A DNA stretch of 64,000 bases, taken from the NCBI RefSeq assembly GCF_006345805.1, contig NC_042999.1:127534001-127598000 (forward strand). The letters are read 5' to 3'. Of this stretch, positions 19,379 to 31,673 are shown one piece after another. The position numbers and the translations under genes were made by a program. Below the pieces are notes generated by a model. That model saw nothing but the letters and a program-made list of their open reading frames with translations, was not told where the DNA came from and did not search any database. Positions within the stretch are counted from its first letter, which is position 1. Every line of letters starts with the position of its first letter. The DNA is from Octopus sinensis. Lineage: Eukaryota.

Positions 19379-19696
19379 GTGTTTTGCTTGGATGTCAAGC
19401 ATTCTGATGATGCTCAGATAATGTTGATGATAACCTTTTGAAAGTTTATTTCTTAAAAGCAACTGCAAAATACCAGTTCTTTTATTTGTTTGTTTTTTGT
19501 TTTTGTTTTGTTTTACATTAAAAAAAATTTTTCTATTAATATTTTCCTTTTATCTTTCATTGTGTGTATGTATGTATGAATGAATAAATGAATGTGTGTG
19601 TGTGTGTGTAAGTTGATGTTTGTATACGTTTTCTGAATTGTGCTTGAGATATAAGTAAAAGGTTAAGGCATATATTTTAATGTGGCTTTGTAAGCC

Positions 19697-19905
19697 CATC
19701 ATCATCACCACCTTGTCCATCTTATCGCCACCACCACCACCACCATTATCATCGTCATCATTACTTCTGTTTGTAGTATCATTACCTCCATAATCATCAT
19801 CATCATTACCACCACTACCACCACCATCATCATCACTTCTGCATGTAGTATCATTACCTCCGTAATCATTATCATTATTATCATCATTGTCGTCATTATC
19901 ATAAC
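19697..19905. repeat. Degenerate (CAT/CAC)n trinucleotide block with an internal ~66-bp duplication
   Basis: cttctg...tagtatcattacctcc.taatcat occurs twice (near 19765 and 19835). Confidence 0.85.
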
Positions 19906-20174
19906 CATTTGTTATTTGTTGCACAGAAAGCGTTTAATAGACTCAAAATAGTATTTCCATAAACCTTTCCTAATTTGTTTTAAATACTATTTGAGGAAGT
20001 TGATGGATAGTGTTTTCACACACACACACACACACACACACATCAAAATAAGACACCCTCATGTAAGTGTGAGCATGTACATGCTCCTATTTATATGGTA
20101 GGGCACACACGTGTTGTTTTATATCCATGAATCTTATGGTAGAAGATCTTACTTTTTACTTTTTTTTAAAACCT

Positions 20175-20561
20175 TTTTTTTACTTGTTTCAGTCATGTGA
20201 CTATGGCCATGCTGGAGCACCGCCTTTAATCGAGCAAATCGATCCCAGGACTTATTCTTTGTAAGCCTGGTACTTATTCTATCGGTCTCTTTTGCCGAAC
20301 CACTAAGTTACGGGGAGGTAAACACACCAGCATCGGTTGTCAAGCAATGCTGGGGGGACAAACGCAGACACACGAACATATACACACACATGCATATATA
20401 TATACATATATATGACAGGCTTCTTTCAGTTTCTGTCTACCAAATCCACTCACAAGGCTTTGGTCGGCCCGAGGCTATAGTAGAAGACACTTGCCCAAGG
20501 TGCCACGCAGTGGGACTGAACCCGGAACCATGTGGTTGGTAAAATAAGCTACTTACCACAC
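20175..20561 (-). mobile_element. SINE family A, well-preserved copy
   Basis: Near-consensus and retains its CpGs. Confidence 0.88.
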
Positions 20562-20689
20562 TGGATGTTTTTTTTTTGTTTTTTGTTGCGAAAAGAGTTT
20601 TACAACTGGTGTCTCATCCTACTACAAAACAATCATTATCAAATAAGATATGAACCTGCTTTTATCAGCCTGGTAAACTAGGCAAGCAG

Positions 20690-21533
20690 AGTTGGCACCT
20701 TGCGCATGTATCTTCCACTATAGCCTCAGATCAACCAAAGCCTTGTGAGTGGATTTGGTAGATAGAAACTGAAAGAAGCTTGTCATGCCCTTTGGAAATA
20801 TGCCTTTGGAAATATGCTGTACGTGAGAAGACCAGGCAGGACAAGTGAGCCCAGCCCACTTATGAATGCCTTTCCTCCCTTGGACACAAAGACCTGTTGA
20901 GGCAAGCGAAGTCGATATAGAACCTCATCCGACGACAGGCACCCATGCCAACCCCCTTTGCTTGCGAAGACATGTTGGGGCAAGCGAAAGCGAAATCGAA
21001 TTGAACCAGCCAGGATCCCTGGTCTGGTGGTACCTAAAAAGCACTATCCGACTCGTGGCCGATGCCAGCGCTGCCTCCACTGGCTTCCGTGTCGGTGGCA
21101 CGTAAAATACACCAATCCAACCGTACGACAGGCACCCATGCCGACTCCCTTTGCTTGCGAAGACATGTTGGGGCAAGCGAAATCGAAATCGAAATCAACC
21201 AGCCAGGATCCCTGGTCTGGTGGTACGTAAAAAGCACTATCCGGCTCGTGGCCGATGCCAGCGCCGCCTCGACTGGCTTCCGTGTCGGTGGCACATAAAA
21301 TACACCAATCCGACCGTGGCCGTTGCCAGCCTCGCCTGGCACCTGTGCAGGTGGCACGTAAAAAGCACCCACTACACTCACGGAGTGGTTGGCGTTAGGA
21401 AGGGCATCCAGCTGTAGAAACAGTGCCAGATAAGACTGGAGCCTGGTGCAGCCTTCTGGCTTCCCAGATCCTCGGTCGAACCATCCAACCCATGCTAGCA
21501 TGGAGAACGGACGTTAAACGATGATGATGATGA

Positions 21534-21577
<44 letters not shown>

Positions 21578-21789
21578 GTGTGTGTCTTTGTTTGTTTGTC
21601 CCTAACCACCACTTGACAACTGGTGTTAGTGTTTTTACATCCCTGTAACTCATCAGTTTGGCTAAAGAGACCAATAGAATAAGTACCTGACTGAAAGACA
21701 AAAGTTCTGAGGTCAATTCATTCAATTAGAATTTCTTCAATGTGGTGCCCCAGCATAGCCATAGTCTAATGACTGAGACAAAAGGTAAA
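20690..21789 (+). mobile_element. SINE family A split by the RTE insertion (20690-20782 and 21535-21789)
   Basis: The 5' half ends ...gaaactgaaagaagcttgtc; the 3' half resumes at the (TA)(TG) block and ends ...aggtaaaaga. Confidence 0.7.
20783..21535 (+). mobile_element. 5'-truncated RTE LINE (last codons plus full 3'UTR and (GAT)n tail) nested in a SINE
   Basis: Begins with WKYAVREKTRQDK*. Has a short duplicated atgcctttggaaat at the 5' junction, a 193-bp internal tandem duplication and a (gat)n tail. SINE halves lie at 20690-20782 and 21535-21789. Confidence 0.8.
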
Positions 21790-22009
21790 AGATGTGTGTG
21801 TGGTCACTTCAGCCATGTATTCATGCACATGCTTTTCATAGACTTTCTTCTTTCTCTGGGCCTTTCCTCCATTCTCTTTCTGATGAAGAGCCATGCTCAA
21901 AACATTATACACCCACTCTTTTTTCCATCTTATACTGACCATCAAGCTAATACATTCCATGTGTACATCTTTTTGACTTTTGTTTTGTTATTTTTAATTT
22001 TTGATTTGC

Positions 22010-22020
22010 CTCTCTCTCTC

Positions 22021-22103
<83 letters not shown>

Positions 22104-22128
22104 ACATATATATATATATATATATATA
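22010..22128. repeat. (CT)n plus (TA)n microsatellite
   Basis: Seen directly. Confidence 0.97.
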
Positions 22129-22170
22129 GGCAAATCAAAAATTAAGTCTATGCTAAAAATTATTATTATT

Positions 22171-22385
22171 AAGCTGTGGCGAGCTAGCAGAATCATTAGC
22201 ATGCAGGGCAAAATGCTTAGCGGCATTTTGCCTGTCTTTACATTCTGAGTTCAAATTCCACCAAGGTCAACTTTGCCCTCCATCCCTTTAGGGTTGACAA
22301 AATAAGTACTGGTTGAGCACTGGGGTTGATGAATTGACTTATCCCCTCCTCCAAAATTGCTGGCCTTGTGCCAAAATTTGAAATC
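22171..22385 (+). mobile_element. SINE family B (gagctggcagaa...ttctgagttcaaattc...tcatcctt...gataaaataagtac)
   Basis: Multiple copies in the window. The central domain resembles, from memory, the Meta-SINE domain; unverified. Confidence 0.75.
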
Positions 22386-22419
22386 ATTATCATCATCATC
22401 ATCATCATCATTATTATTA

Positions 22420-22936
22420 TTATTTGTGGTTTCCTTTCATTATAACTTTATTTTCACTGCCTTAGTACTGAGCATTTTCTGGGGTAGCAAGGGCACTTTT
22501 GTTTTGCTATGCATGCTAAAATTATCACCACATTTATTACATTTTAGATGGGGAGCGCTTTCCCTAGCATATGGGCTGTACATCATCAAGGTTATCTTTT
22601 GTAGTTTATGGAGATTAGAGTTACCAGGGAGTTGCTTGATATACTTCTCAGCTCCCTTCTTTATCATTCCTAATGCACCAATTACTACTGCTAGTATTAT
22701 CGTAGTACTAAGTTTCCACATTTTTGTGATTTCAATTTGCAGATCTTTATAGTGAGAAAGCTTTTCATACTCCTTTCTTGAGACATTTTGATCTTGTGGC
22801 ACAGACATATCTATTAACAGACAAGTTTCTGTTATAGTCCTTGATTACAATGCCTGGTTGATTGAAGTCAGTTTTTCTGTCTATTTGTATTGGGAAGTTC
22901 CAAAGGATGGTGATGCTCTCACTATTTACTGCATCT
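22420..22936 (-). mobile_element. 3' fragment of an R4/Dong-like non-LTR retrotransposon (restriction-like endonuclease domain)
   Basis: Minus strand: ILWNFPIQIDRKTDFNQPGIVIKD / LLIDMSVPQDQNVSRKEYEKLSHYKDLQIEITKMWKL...VVIGALG. (TAA)n lies at both ends. Confidence 0.8.
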
Positions 22937-22952
22937 TCTATTATTATTATTA

Positions 22953-22992
<40 letters not shown>

Positions 22993-23078
22993 GTTAGAAA
23001 TTACTACTGCTACTTTTTTGAAGCATATTTATTAGTTGTCTGTTCTCTCAATTTTGTTATTTCTTTCTCTCTTTTCAG

Positions 23079-24248
23079 ATTACTGGATATTTTTGATTCT
23101 TGCCGGCAACCGCTATAGAAAGGACATTTAACTGGTGACCTGATAACTTCTGTCTTCCAAAGGAGAAAAAAAATTTAAGGCTAGAGACTGAAGCCGCCTA
23201 CTGCTGGAATGGAAAGGCCTTCCAGCAAAGGGCATACTTTAGCCTTAGATGGGCCTTTAACAAAGACAAACACTAGTAAAAATGAAGCTCTTGAAGAGAA
23301 TGGTGGTGAAGTAGTGACTAACGAAGGGAATCTAGCTTATACTAACACCATACCCCCAATGACAGACGACATCTACACAATGAACCGGCCTGCTTATGAG
23401 CTGCAAGAATGTAGTCGAACTAATCATCTTTCATTAATTGGTCATCACATTATGGAAAGTCGTCCCACTTTTAATGGAAACCTTCAAGATCGGAATCATC
23501 GATCAATGACACCGGATACTCATCACCAACCCTCTGGACATCAGTTGTTAGATAACCATTCTAGTTACAATGATGGGGTGCAGGACCGTAGCCATCACTC
23601 TCTTACTGATAATGCTCAACACCACCAGTACCTAGGTCCTGTTCGTGCTACATATGAATCAGGTTCCAATCAGGTGCATTCAGTTAACAGTGACAGCCAT
23701 CAAGTATTGACTAACCGGCCTAATTATGAAACACTTATAGACAGAAGACACTCTCTGCCATCAGATAACCATAATCAGAAAATGATGGACCTTGATGAAG
23801 AGTCAAGTAAAGCTCTTTTACTGAATGCTAAGCAATATTCACTCACATCTAGCCTTATTGATCCTCAGATGATTAAATATGAATATCAAGATTTGTCAGG
23901 AAAGGGGTCAAACCAGAATGACAATTTAATATATAAAGATGCTTTTGTTGGATCCTATGATAAGATGTTGTCACGCTCTTTAGAAAGTCAGGTACTGAAT
24001 CAAAATGGCATAGTGGATTCTATCTCCAATGAATTGTTCTATCCAAAAGACTCACGTATGTCACCAGAAGATGTGGCTTTATCAAATAAAATGTTGGTGT
24101 CATCACCTTCCATGATGGTCTCTTCACCATCAACAGAAAACATGATGGCGAGACAGGGACATAATGTTGGACTTGGAGATGCTGATGGAAGTAAATTGAC
24201 AGTTTATCCTGACGAAAATTTAGGTAGAATGGATACTGCTATAAAAAT
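23079..24248 (+). other. Exon (130 nt 5'UTR plus CDS) bounded by canonical splice sites
   Basis: Acceptor tttctttctctcttttcag ends at 23078. Donor gtgagt starts at 24249 and is followed by T-rich intron-like sequence. Confidence 0.8.
23209..24248 (+). CDS. First coding exon (~346 aa) of a multi-exon host gene; low-complexity S/N/H/D-rich, probably disordered N-terminus; product unidentified
   Basis: Longest non-repeat ORF in the window (347 codons). ATG at 23209 has good context (ggaATGG), an in-frame TAG upstream at 23182-23184, and no upstream ATG in the exon. The apparent stop TGA (24250-24252) lies inside a GTGAGT donor at 24249-24254, so the CDS most likely continues by a phase-2 splice (AT|). 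Confidence 0.85.
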
Positions 24249-27200
24249 GTGAGTCCTGCTTTTATATTTGTATTATTGTGCTTTGACTTGCTTTAACAAA
24301 ATTGTTTCCTAACTTTTATAGTAGGCATCACTATGAATTTTTGAAAATATGTAAATCTAACTTCCACCGTACCTTTCTTTGGAGAACATCCAAAGAAACA
24401 TTTGTGAAATTTAGATGAATATTTTAGGAAATATGACAATTGGAATGGTCAGCAAATTGGTTGAAATCTTGCCCAATTAAGTCTAAATGAATAATTAGCC
24501 ATATTTGTAATGTCATATCTTTGAAACTGAGGTGATAATCATATACAAATTAATAGTGTCTATGGCATAGCAGTTGCCTTTTTTTTTTTTTATTTGCTAG
24601 TTCTTGAAAATGAAATTTTTGTTTCAGCAGTTTTTAAAAATATTTACGTAAAGCCTATTTTTTTGCATGTAACAACCAGCTGATTTCATGAGGTTTTCAG
24701 ACCTTATTAAATCCCAAAGTTCAATCCAGAAGGGGCACATTTGTAGTAGGTATAGAACTAAATAAATCCAGAGATTTTGGAACATGGTACCATTTCAATT
24801 AAATTTTAATGGACAATTAAAAATGGCTATAAACAGTAGAGTTTTGGATCAGGATGCCCACATAAGTTGGATTTTCTCATTTTGATGAGAATTTTTCCAA
24901 TTTTGTTTTCATTACAACCTTGGAAATAATGGTGGGAAGCTTTTTATGAAAAAAAACTTTTGAAAATTTATGATCTCCCCCTTCACCTTCCTGGACCAAT
25001 TTTGGCTTTTTTTAAACTAAGCCTTTAAAAACAATGGGAGAAGACTTGTGGGGTGAGGATTCAAAATATTTTAAAACGAAAAGATGGAGATTTAAGGGAG
25101 ATTTAGCTGTTGTTCCTAGCACATCCCACAACCACCTACTACTTTTCTCAAAATTGCATGTAGACTTAGATTAAAAAAAAGAACAAAATGTGAAAACTAA
25201 TTTCGTGTTTTTAGCATTAAAAACATCTGTAACTTGCAGCAAACTCGTTAGAGGGATTGAGAGAGAGAGAAAACCCCCCAAACAAATCAGCACTACTTGT
25301 GAAAACGTAAACACTACTACAGATTATCTGACTATATTCAAAATTGGGGAGAAAAAGAACATCACATCAGACTTTAATAGTCTACAAAATAATATTCATT
25401 GCATAATATGATTTTTATTGGTGAAATTTGGCCAATATTCTTCAAAGAAAAATGGAATTTACATGTACAAGAATATGCGCTAGGTAAAAATTGGACCTCC
25501 CTCTCTATACATTAAAACAGAGAGAGGGAATAAACAAAATTCCAAATATGCTGATTCCATACTAATTTTGAGCTCAATTTAGTGTATTTTTTTATAGCAA
25601 TTAATTCATCCATTTCTTGAAATTCTGACTCAAACTTGATATTTGAAGCATTGGATTTGTGTTCTGTTTCAGCACTTGTTATGTGGAATACATTAGTTTG
25701 ACAAATAGTATCAGTATTGTTAATCCTATATGAGCAGCTGTGGTAGTCTCCTTTTTATTGACTTTGCACTTTTGCATCATCAGCAATGGCTGTATTAAAT
25801 TCATGAGAAATTTTTCTTATGGTATAAAAATCTTGCAGAAAGTTTGTTCTTTTCTAAGTGAAAGTTTACAATAAAGTTTTCACTTTTATGTTTCATAGTG
25901 ATTATCTGACTTATCCCCATTGACTTTTATATCCAAATAAAGCAAAAAAAAAAGGGTCCTCTTAATGACTTTCATTCTCAACTCAAATTGAGTTATAGTG
26001 CTCTAGTGCAGTCGAAAACAAAAAATGGGACAAACTGTGAATGGGTGGAAATATGAGTGTGATTGAGGGAACCTGACATGGTAAGTAAGTGTTGGATTTT
26101 AATCAAAAGTATAAGAGAAAAAGTTCACGTCTATAACTTTCAAGTGATATATAATTGTCTGTGGAAAGAATGTATTTTGATAGGAAAATAGTCAAGCAAA
26201 AAGTGGACTTTTGCTTGGTCAAATTATGCTTGTCTCCCTTTTATGGAACCCTTTAGTGATACCTATTTATAGACAGAAATATTGAATGTGAGCTTAGTTA
26301 TGCAATATTAGAAACAGAAAAGACAGATAAAAGGAGCTCACTTTTTTGTGTACTTTTGTAAATAGTAGGGTACAAATAATCAAGTACAGTCCTTTTATTT
26401 AGCAGAAATAAATATCTATTTCATAATTTTACCTAAATGAAGGATTTTTTTTATTGCATTGTTGTTGTCAAAGAACATCTGTACAACAATTTACAGGGTT
26501 TTGTTTTTCTTTTTTCTACAAGAAACAAAAAGCATATATTCTAAGTGATGTCTCTGAACATAATTGCACACATATATCTTGTTATTTAACAAAACCTTTG
26601 ACAAAGCTGAGAGAAACCTCAGTAACCCAAGTTATTATAAAACTTGGACTGAACATTATCAACATTAAAGGCACATTTATATGCAATACTTGGCTCTTAA
26701 ACCAGTTACATATGGATGCCTTATCTTAAAATTGCTTATCTTTAAAAGGTTAATGTAGATCAATCCTTTAATGTTAATGGTTAATGTAGTAGATTTAATA
26801 TATTTAAAATGTGACAATATTTAATTGTTTTGAGAATGGTTTGTGTTGAAAGCAGCTGTCTGAGTCTTAACATTCCACCTTATGATCAAGTTAAAGAGAA
26901 ATTATGAGAGACTTCCAATTTAACTTTATTTATTTGGATTTTGATGGTTGATATCAGTTATTGCATTCAAATTACCAACTTTTCTGACACATAAACAGAC
27001 ACACTGAAATCTAATTTTTTTTGGGAAAATGCTTGTTTCTGTATGATTGTTTATAAAAACATTTTTCATTTTAACAACTTGTTGCTTGAATATTTCCACA
27101 AATCCTATTTCGATACTTTTTAAAATTTTCGATCCAATTAAATTTAGTTTCCTGTTATTATATGTAAATGCAAACTGAAGTTATTTCTGTAGAGTAATCT

Positions 27201-28135
27201 CATCCAACTTGTTTATCAGTCAAGGATTTAGTATTTCATAACAAGCTCCTTACTTGCAAGCTTGTTTCATATTCCAGCATACTTACTTTACGTTCTCATC
27301 TTTGTGGTAGTAACCAGACTGTTAATACTGGTAAGAGAGATCAAATCACATTATTTGAATCAAATTCAAGCCAGGAATATTGCTCTCTACAGTACTATCA
27401 ATGACTTCTTGATGAGTATAAGATCTGTTCACTCAATCATGCATATGTAAGATTATACATAACAAACAAAGATGTCTTGGAAAGCATTTTAGTGCTTGTA
27501 TCTATGTGTATTATACCAACATTTTGGCATGGAATGTCCTTCCATTCACGTAAACATGATAAGGCTGTCATTCTTTTGATGCAGCGAGCTACTTTCTTAC
27601 ATTAGTATTAAGTTGTTAATCAAATATTATTATCTATGGAACAGAATTCGTTACGTCTTGGATTTTATGTTATAGCTATAATTTGTGTTTAAGTAATACC
27701 TGTTTATATTAAAAGTGGAGTTTTGAAAGCAAAAATAAAATAAAAACAAAAACGTATTTCACATATAATAAGATTTTTTCTGTGACTGTTTTTATTATAA
27801 CCATGGCTTAAATCTACAGGACCATTTGTAAACTTAGCATTATAGAGTGATTTCTGTAAATATTTATTTACGGCTAACTTGAGCCTACTGTATTTACTCT
27901 ACTCTTCTTTGTAAATTTAATTTTAGTATTTCATTTAAATACTTATCTGTGTGATATGTTACCCCCCCCCCAATCTCCACCCCACCTCAAACATACATTT
28001 ACAATATTTAAAGTATAGCAAAAGTTTGCTCAACACATCCTGTTATCTATAATACATTTTGTTTTTGTTAGTTGGCATATTCTTAGGTTCTGTATGTTGA
28101 AATAACATCACAATATAGAAAAGGTATTTATTTTA

Positions 28136-28962
28136 TAGGGTCATCCTAAAAATAATGCAGTTTTTTTTATACTCTCCTTCATTTTCTACAATGCTCTTTC
28201 ATCTATCTGGTAGGCATGCAAGTCCCCTCTTCCAAAATTCACTTGTCCGTGATGAATAATATTCCTCCAGTACTGTTCTGACTTCGTCTTAGAGTTCATA
28301 TGTTTTCCGTCCAAATAATTTTGAAGACTGCAGAATTAATGATAATCAGATGGAGCAATGTTTGGCAAATATGGTGGTTGGAATGTCATCTTCACTGTAT
28401 GTGGCCAAGCATTATCCTGATGGAAGAACACCTTCATCTTGAAACCAAAGATGGTCATTTTTCTGATGGCACATAGGTGTCAATGAATGGTTGAATGACC
28501 AAATCCAAGCTTCTCTGCTAGTTCCTCAACAATTACGATGGAATTTTGTTCCACTAAGGTTTGCAGGGCATCGTCATCAAGCTCTACAGATCTTCCAGGA
28601 CAAGGCTCGTTTTCTAGGCTGTAGTTTCTGGCTCTGAATTTCTGGAACCACCATTGACACTGGCTTACACTTATTGTCTAATCCCCATATGCTGCATTAA
28701 TATTCCTCACACTTTCCGTTGTGTTGTTGCCTTTATTGAACTCATGAAGCAAAATATGCAGAATATGCTCCTTTGTCACTTCCATTATAGCTTTGAAAAA
28801 ATAACTGTTAAAATTGAACTTCACTCTTCAAAACTTGCACTAAAAATAAGGACAAGGTAAATTTATTGCCTGCTTTTATAGCAAGTTGATGCAGGTAGTT
28901 TATCCTGTCCTCCTCCAAGTTCATGCAATTGAAAAAACTGCATTATTTATGGGATGACCCAA
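28136..28962 (-). mobile_element. Internally deleted mariner element
   Basis: Imperfect TIRs tagggtcatcctaaaaataatgcag and ttgggtcatcccataaataatgcag (reverse complement), TA on both flanks. The minus strand encodes WFQKFRARNYSLENEPCPGRSVELDDDALQTLVEQN. Confidence 0.88.
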
Positions 28963-29421
28963 TATATTGCAAATAATGGAATTATGCATATAGTAAATCC
29001 CATTCTTTCTTTCTTAAAATTTATTATTTAGTTTTTCTTTATTATTACTGTTTTTATTTTAAAATTCTTTCAGCTGGCCATATTATATAGCGATGTTGGT
29101 GGTGAAATAATTTCAACAATACAATACTCTTTAACACTTTACTGCTGCCAGTTGGAATCTATGTTTCCTTTATTTTTGCCCCCCCCCCCTTTATGAATGG
29201 GAGGTGGGAAGATAGTGTAGGTGGGCTGCCCTCCAAACATACTACAACCCTTTTCCTTTGCTCTTTTTCCATTCATATTACACACACACATTCTCTCTCT
29301 CTCTCTCTCTCTCTCACTTTTTCTCTCTACCACCCATGCTCCTCAGTATAGCTTACACTTGATACACTCTCACACCATAAAACTCATACAACATTCTTTC
29401 ATCCTTACACACACACACACA

Positions 29422-29457
<36 letters not shown>

Positions 29458-29799
29458 TGCAGAGGCAACCACTATTTCTCCCATCACCACCACATCTACA
29501 AATATTACTAGCTCTTCTACTGTTACTACTTCGAATTTTGAAACCTTCAAATAATACAAAGCTGTAGAATATATATGCAACCACATTTTCACTGTTGTCT
29601 CCTTTATTTAATAATGATTTACAAAAGCTGGCTATACAATGCATGTTCTTTGGTCTAATGTTTTCTAAATAGAGCAGACTTAGGCTAGAAAGGAATGAGA
29701 GAACACACTTGTTATTTCACATTATCTATGTAAAACAAAAAAACTCTATCCACAAATCCTTGCATCTCTGACTTCATTTTCTCTTATAACCTCCTTCTC

Positions 29800-30462
29800 T
29801 CCTTTATATTCTGAGTTCAATTACCACTAGAGACTATTTTCCTTTCCTCCTTCAGGGTCAAGGTATTAATAAGTTTCCAGTGAAGTACTAGAGTTGAATT
29901 AATCAACCAATTCTGTCGACTTTACCTTTCAATCTTTTAGGGCCAATGAAATAATTTCCAGTTGTTGTAATCAACTAGCCCCTCCCAACAAATTTCAGGC
30001 CTTGTACCTATAGTAGAAAGGATTGAGCTGGGAGAACTGTTAGCATGCTGGGCTAAATGCTAAGTGGTATTTCATCTGGCCTTATGTTCTGAGTTCAAAT
30101 TTCACTGAGGTCGCCTTTGCCTTTCATCCTTTCAGGGTCAATAAAATAAGTACCAGTTGAGTACTGGGGTCAATGTAACCGACTTACTCCCTCCCCCAAA
30201 ATTCGGGCCTTGTGCCTGTAGCAGAAAGGACTGTCATCATCATCATCATCATAATTAAGGTGGCAAGCTGGCAGAATTGTTAGCATGCCAGATGAAATAC
30301 TTAGTGCATTTCATCTTTATGTCTTTATGTTCTGAGTTCAAATTTTGCTAAGGCCGACTTGGTCTTTCATCTTTTCTGGGTTGATAAAATAAGTACCAGT
30401 TGAGTACTGGGCTCAATGTAATTGACAACCTCCCTCCTCCAAATTTTAGGCCTTGTGCCTAG
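29800..30462 (+). mobile_element. Cluster of SINE family B copies (partial 29800-29900; 30020-30232; 30257-30462)
   Basis: The block ttctgagttcaa...tcatcct...aataagtaccagttgagtactggg recurs three times in the same orientation. Confidence 0.75.
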
Positions 30463-31439
30463 TGTTGTTGTATGCTTTAATAATGTGACTAGTGAAAGAA
30501 ATTATAAGTTTTCAAAATGAGTAATAGAAAAACATTGACCCTTATTAACACTTTTCTTTTCTTACTGCTTTCCTTCTTTCCTTACTACTTTCTTTTCTTC
30601 CTTTCTTCTTCCTTTTATTTGTTTGTTTATTTATTTATTATACTCTGTTCCACATTTTACTTGTGTGAGAAATTAAGCTTAGATTTACTTCGACACATTG
30701 TCTCCATTTAAATTTAGTTCGTCCTCGAACACGCGGAGGGGTGGTTATTTTTATCAACAAAATGTTAATAATAGTTATTACCAAGTTAGTGAGACAATAA
30801 AAGCTGCATATTTTTGTTCTTGTTGTCAGTACATGTATGTTTCTTTTATTTTGACAGATTTAATTTAAAAGTGAATTTGTTTCTTAAATAAAACAATAAA
30901 AACAATTAGTAAGAAAGTTTGGTATATTTAATTTCAATTTTTATTATTAAATGGAATACATTTGTAAACAATAATTCAAGGACAAGAATGTAACTGTATG
31001 TAAGTGCATGGATATGGATATATATAGTTATTAAGCATTGATACAAATGTATAAATATATGTGTGTGTGTACATGCGTATGTGCACACACACATGTTAAT
31101 ATCAAACAATCTGCTGACAATTATCAATTCTGTGACATGCTTGTTAGTTTTTGAGGGATTTCTCTCTTAACAGGAAACCAATGGTAGCCTTAATTGATAA
31201 ATAAATATATATAGATATATATATATCATCATCATCATCATTTTAGGATCCAGTTTTTCAGTGGCTGGAAATCCTTTCTGTTGCTCAGGTGATAATTCCC
31301 TATGGCCAGATATGTTTTTGCAAAATATGGATATGACTCATTTACAACAATCAGATGATGTCAAGACAAGGAAGCACAAGCATCCACGCATTCAATTTCA
31401 CACATATTGTGTATCTCTCTCTATATATATCAATTACAT

Positions 31440-31636
31440 AAAAAGCACTCATGCTGGTGGTGTGTAAAAGTACCCAGTACACTCTGTAAAGTGGTTGGCA
31501 TTAGGAAGGGCAACCAGCCATAGAAACCATGCTAAAATAGATATGAAGCCTGAACAGCCCTTCAGTTGCTCAGCTCATGTCAAACCGTCTAACCCATGCC
31601 AGCATGAAAAATAGATATTAAATGATGATGATGACG

Positions 31637-31640
<4 letters not shown>
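31440..31640 (+). mobile_element. RTE 3'UTR-type short repeat
   Basis: Same family as 2500-2786, ending in gatgatgat. Confidence 0.7.

Positions 31641-31670
<30 letters not shown>

Positions 31671-31673
<3 letters not shown>

Noticed and set aside
19550-19924. D/G/N-rich 124-aa ORF
   Set aside because: Translation of a degenerate (GAT/GGT)n trinucleotide block.
20783-21501. Overlapping 66-155 aa ORFs on both strands (also 2415-2810)
   Set aside because: They fall in the GC-richer RTE 3'UTR repeat and are not host genes.
24700-24830. Minus-strand SLDLFSSIPTTNVP resembling a Penelope RT motif
   Set aside because: Flanking motifs are not recoverable and there are many stops; could be chance.
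25998-26086. Strong donor atg|gtaagt at 26081 with upstream AGs
   Set aside because: All frames from the nearby acceptors contain stops.
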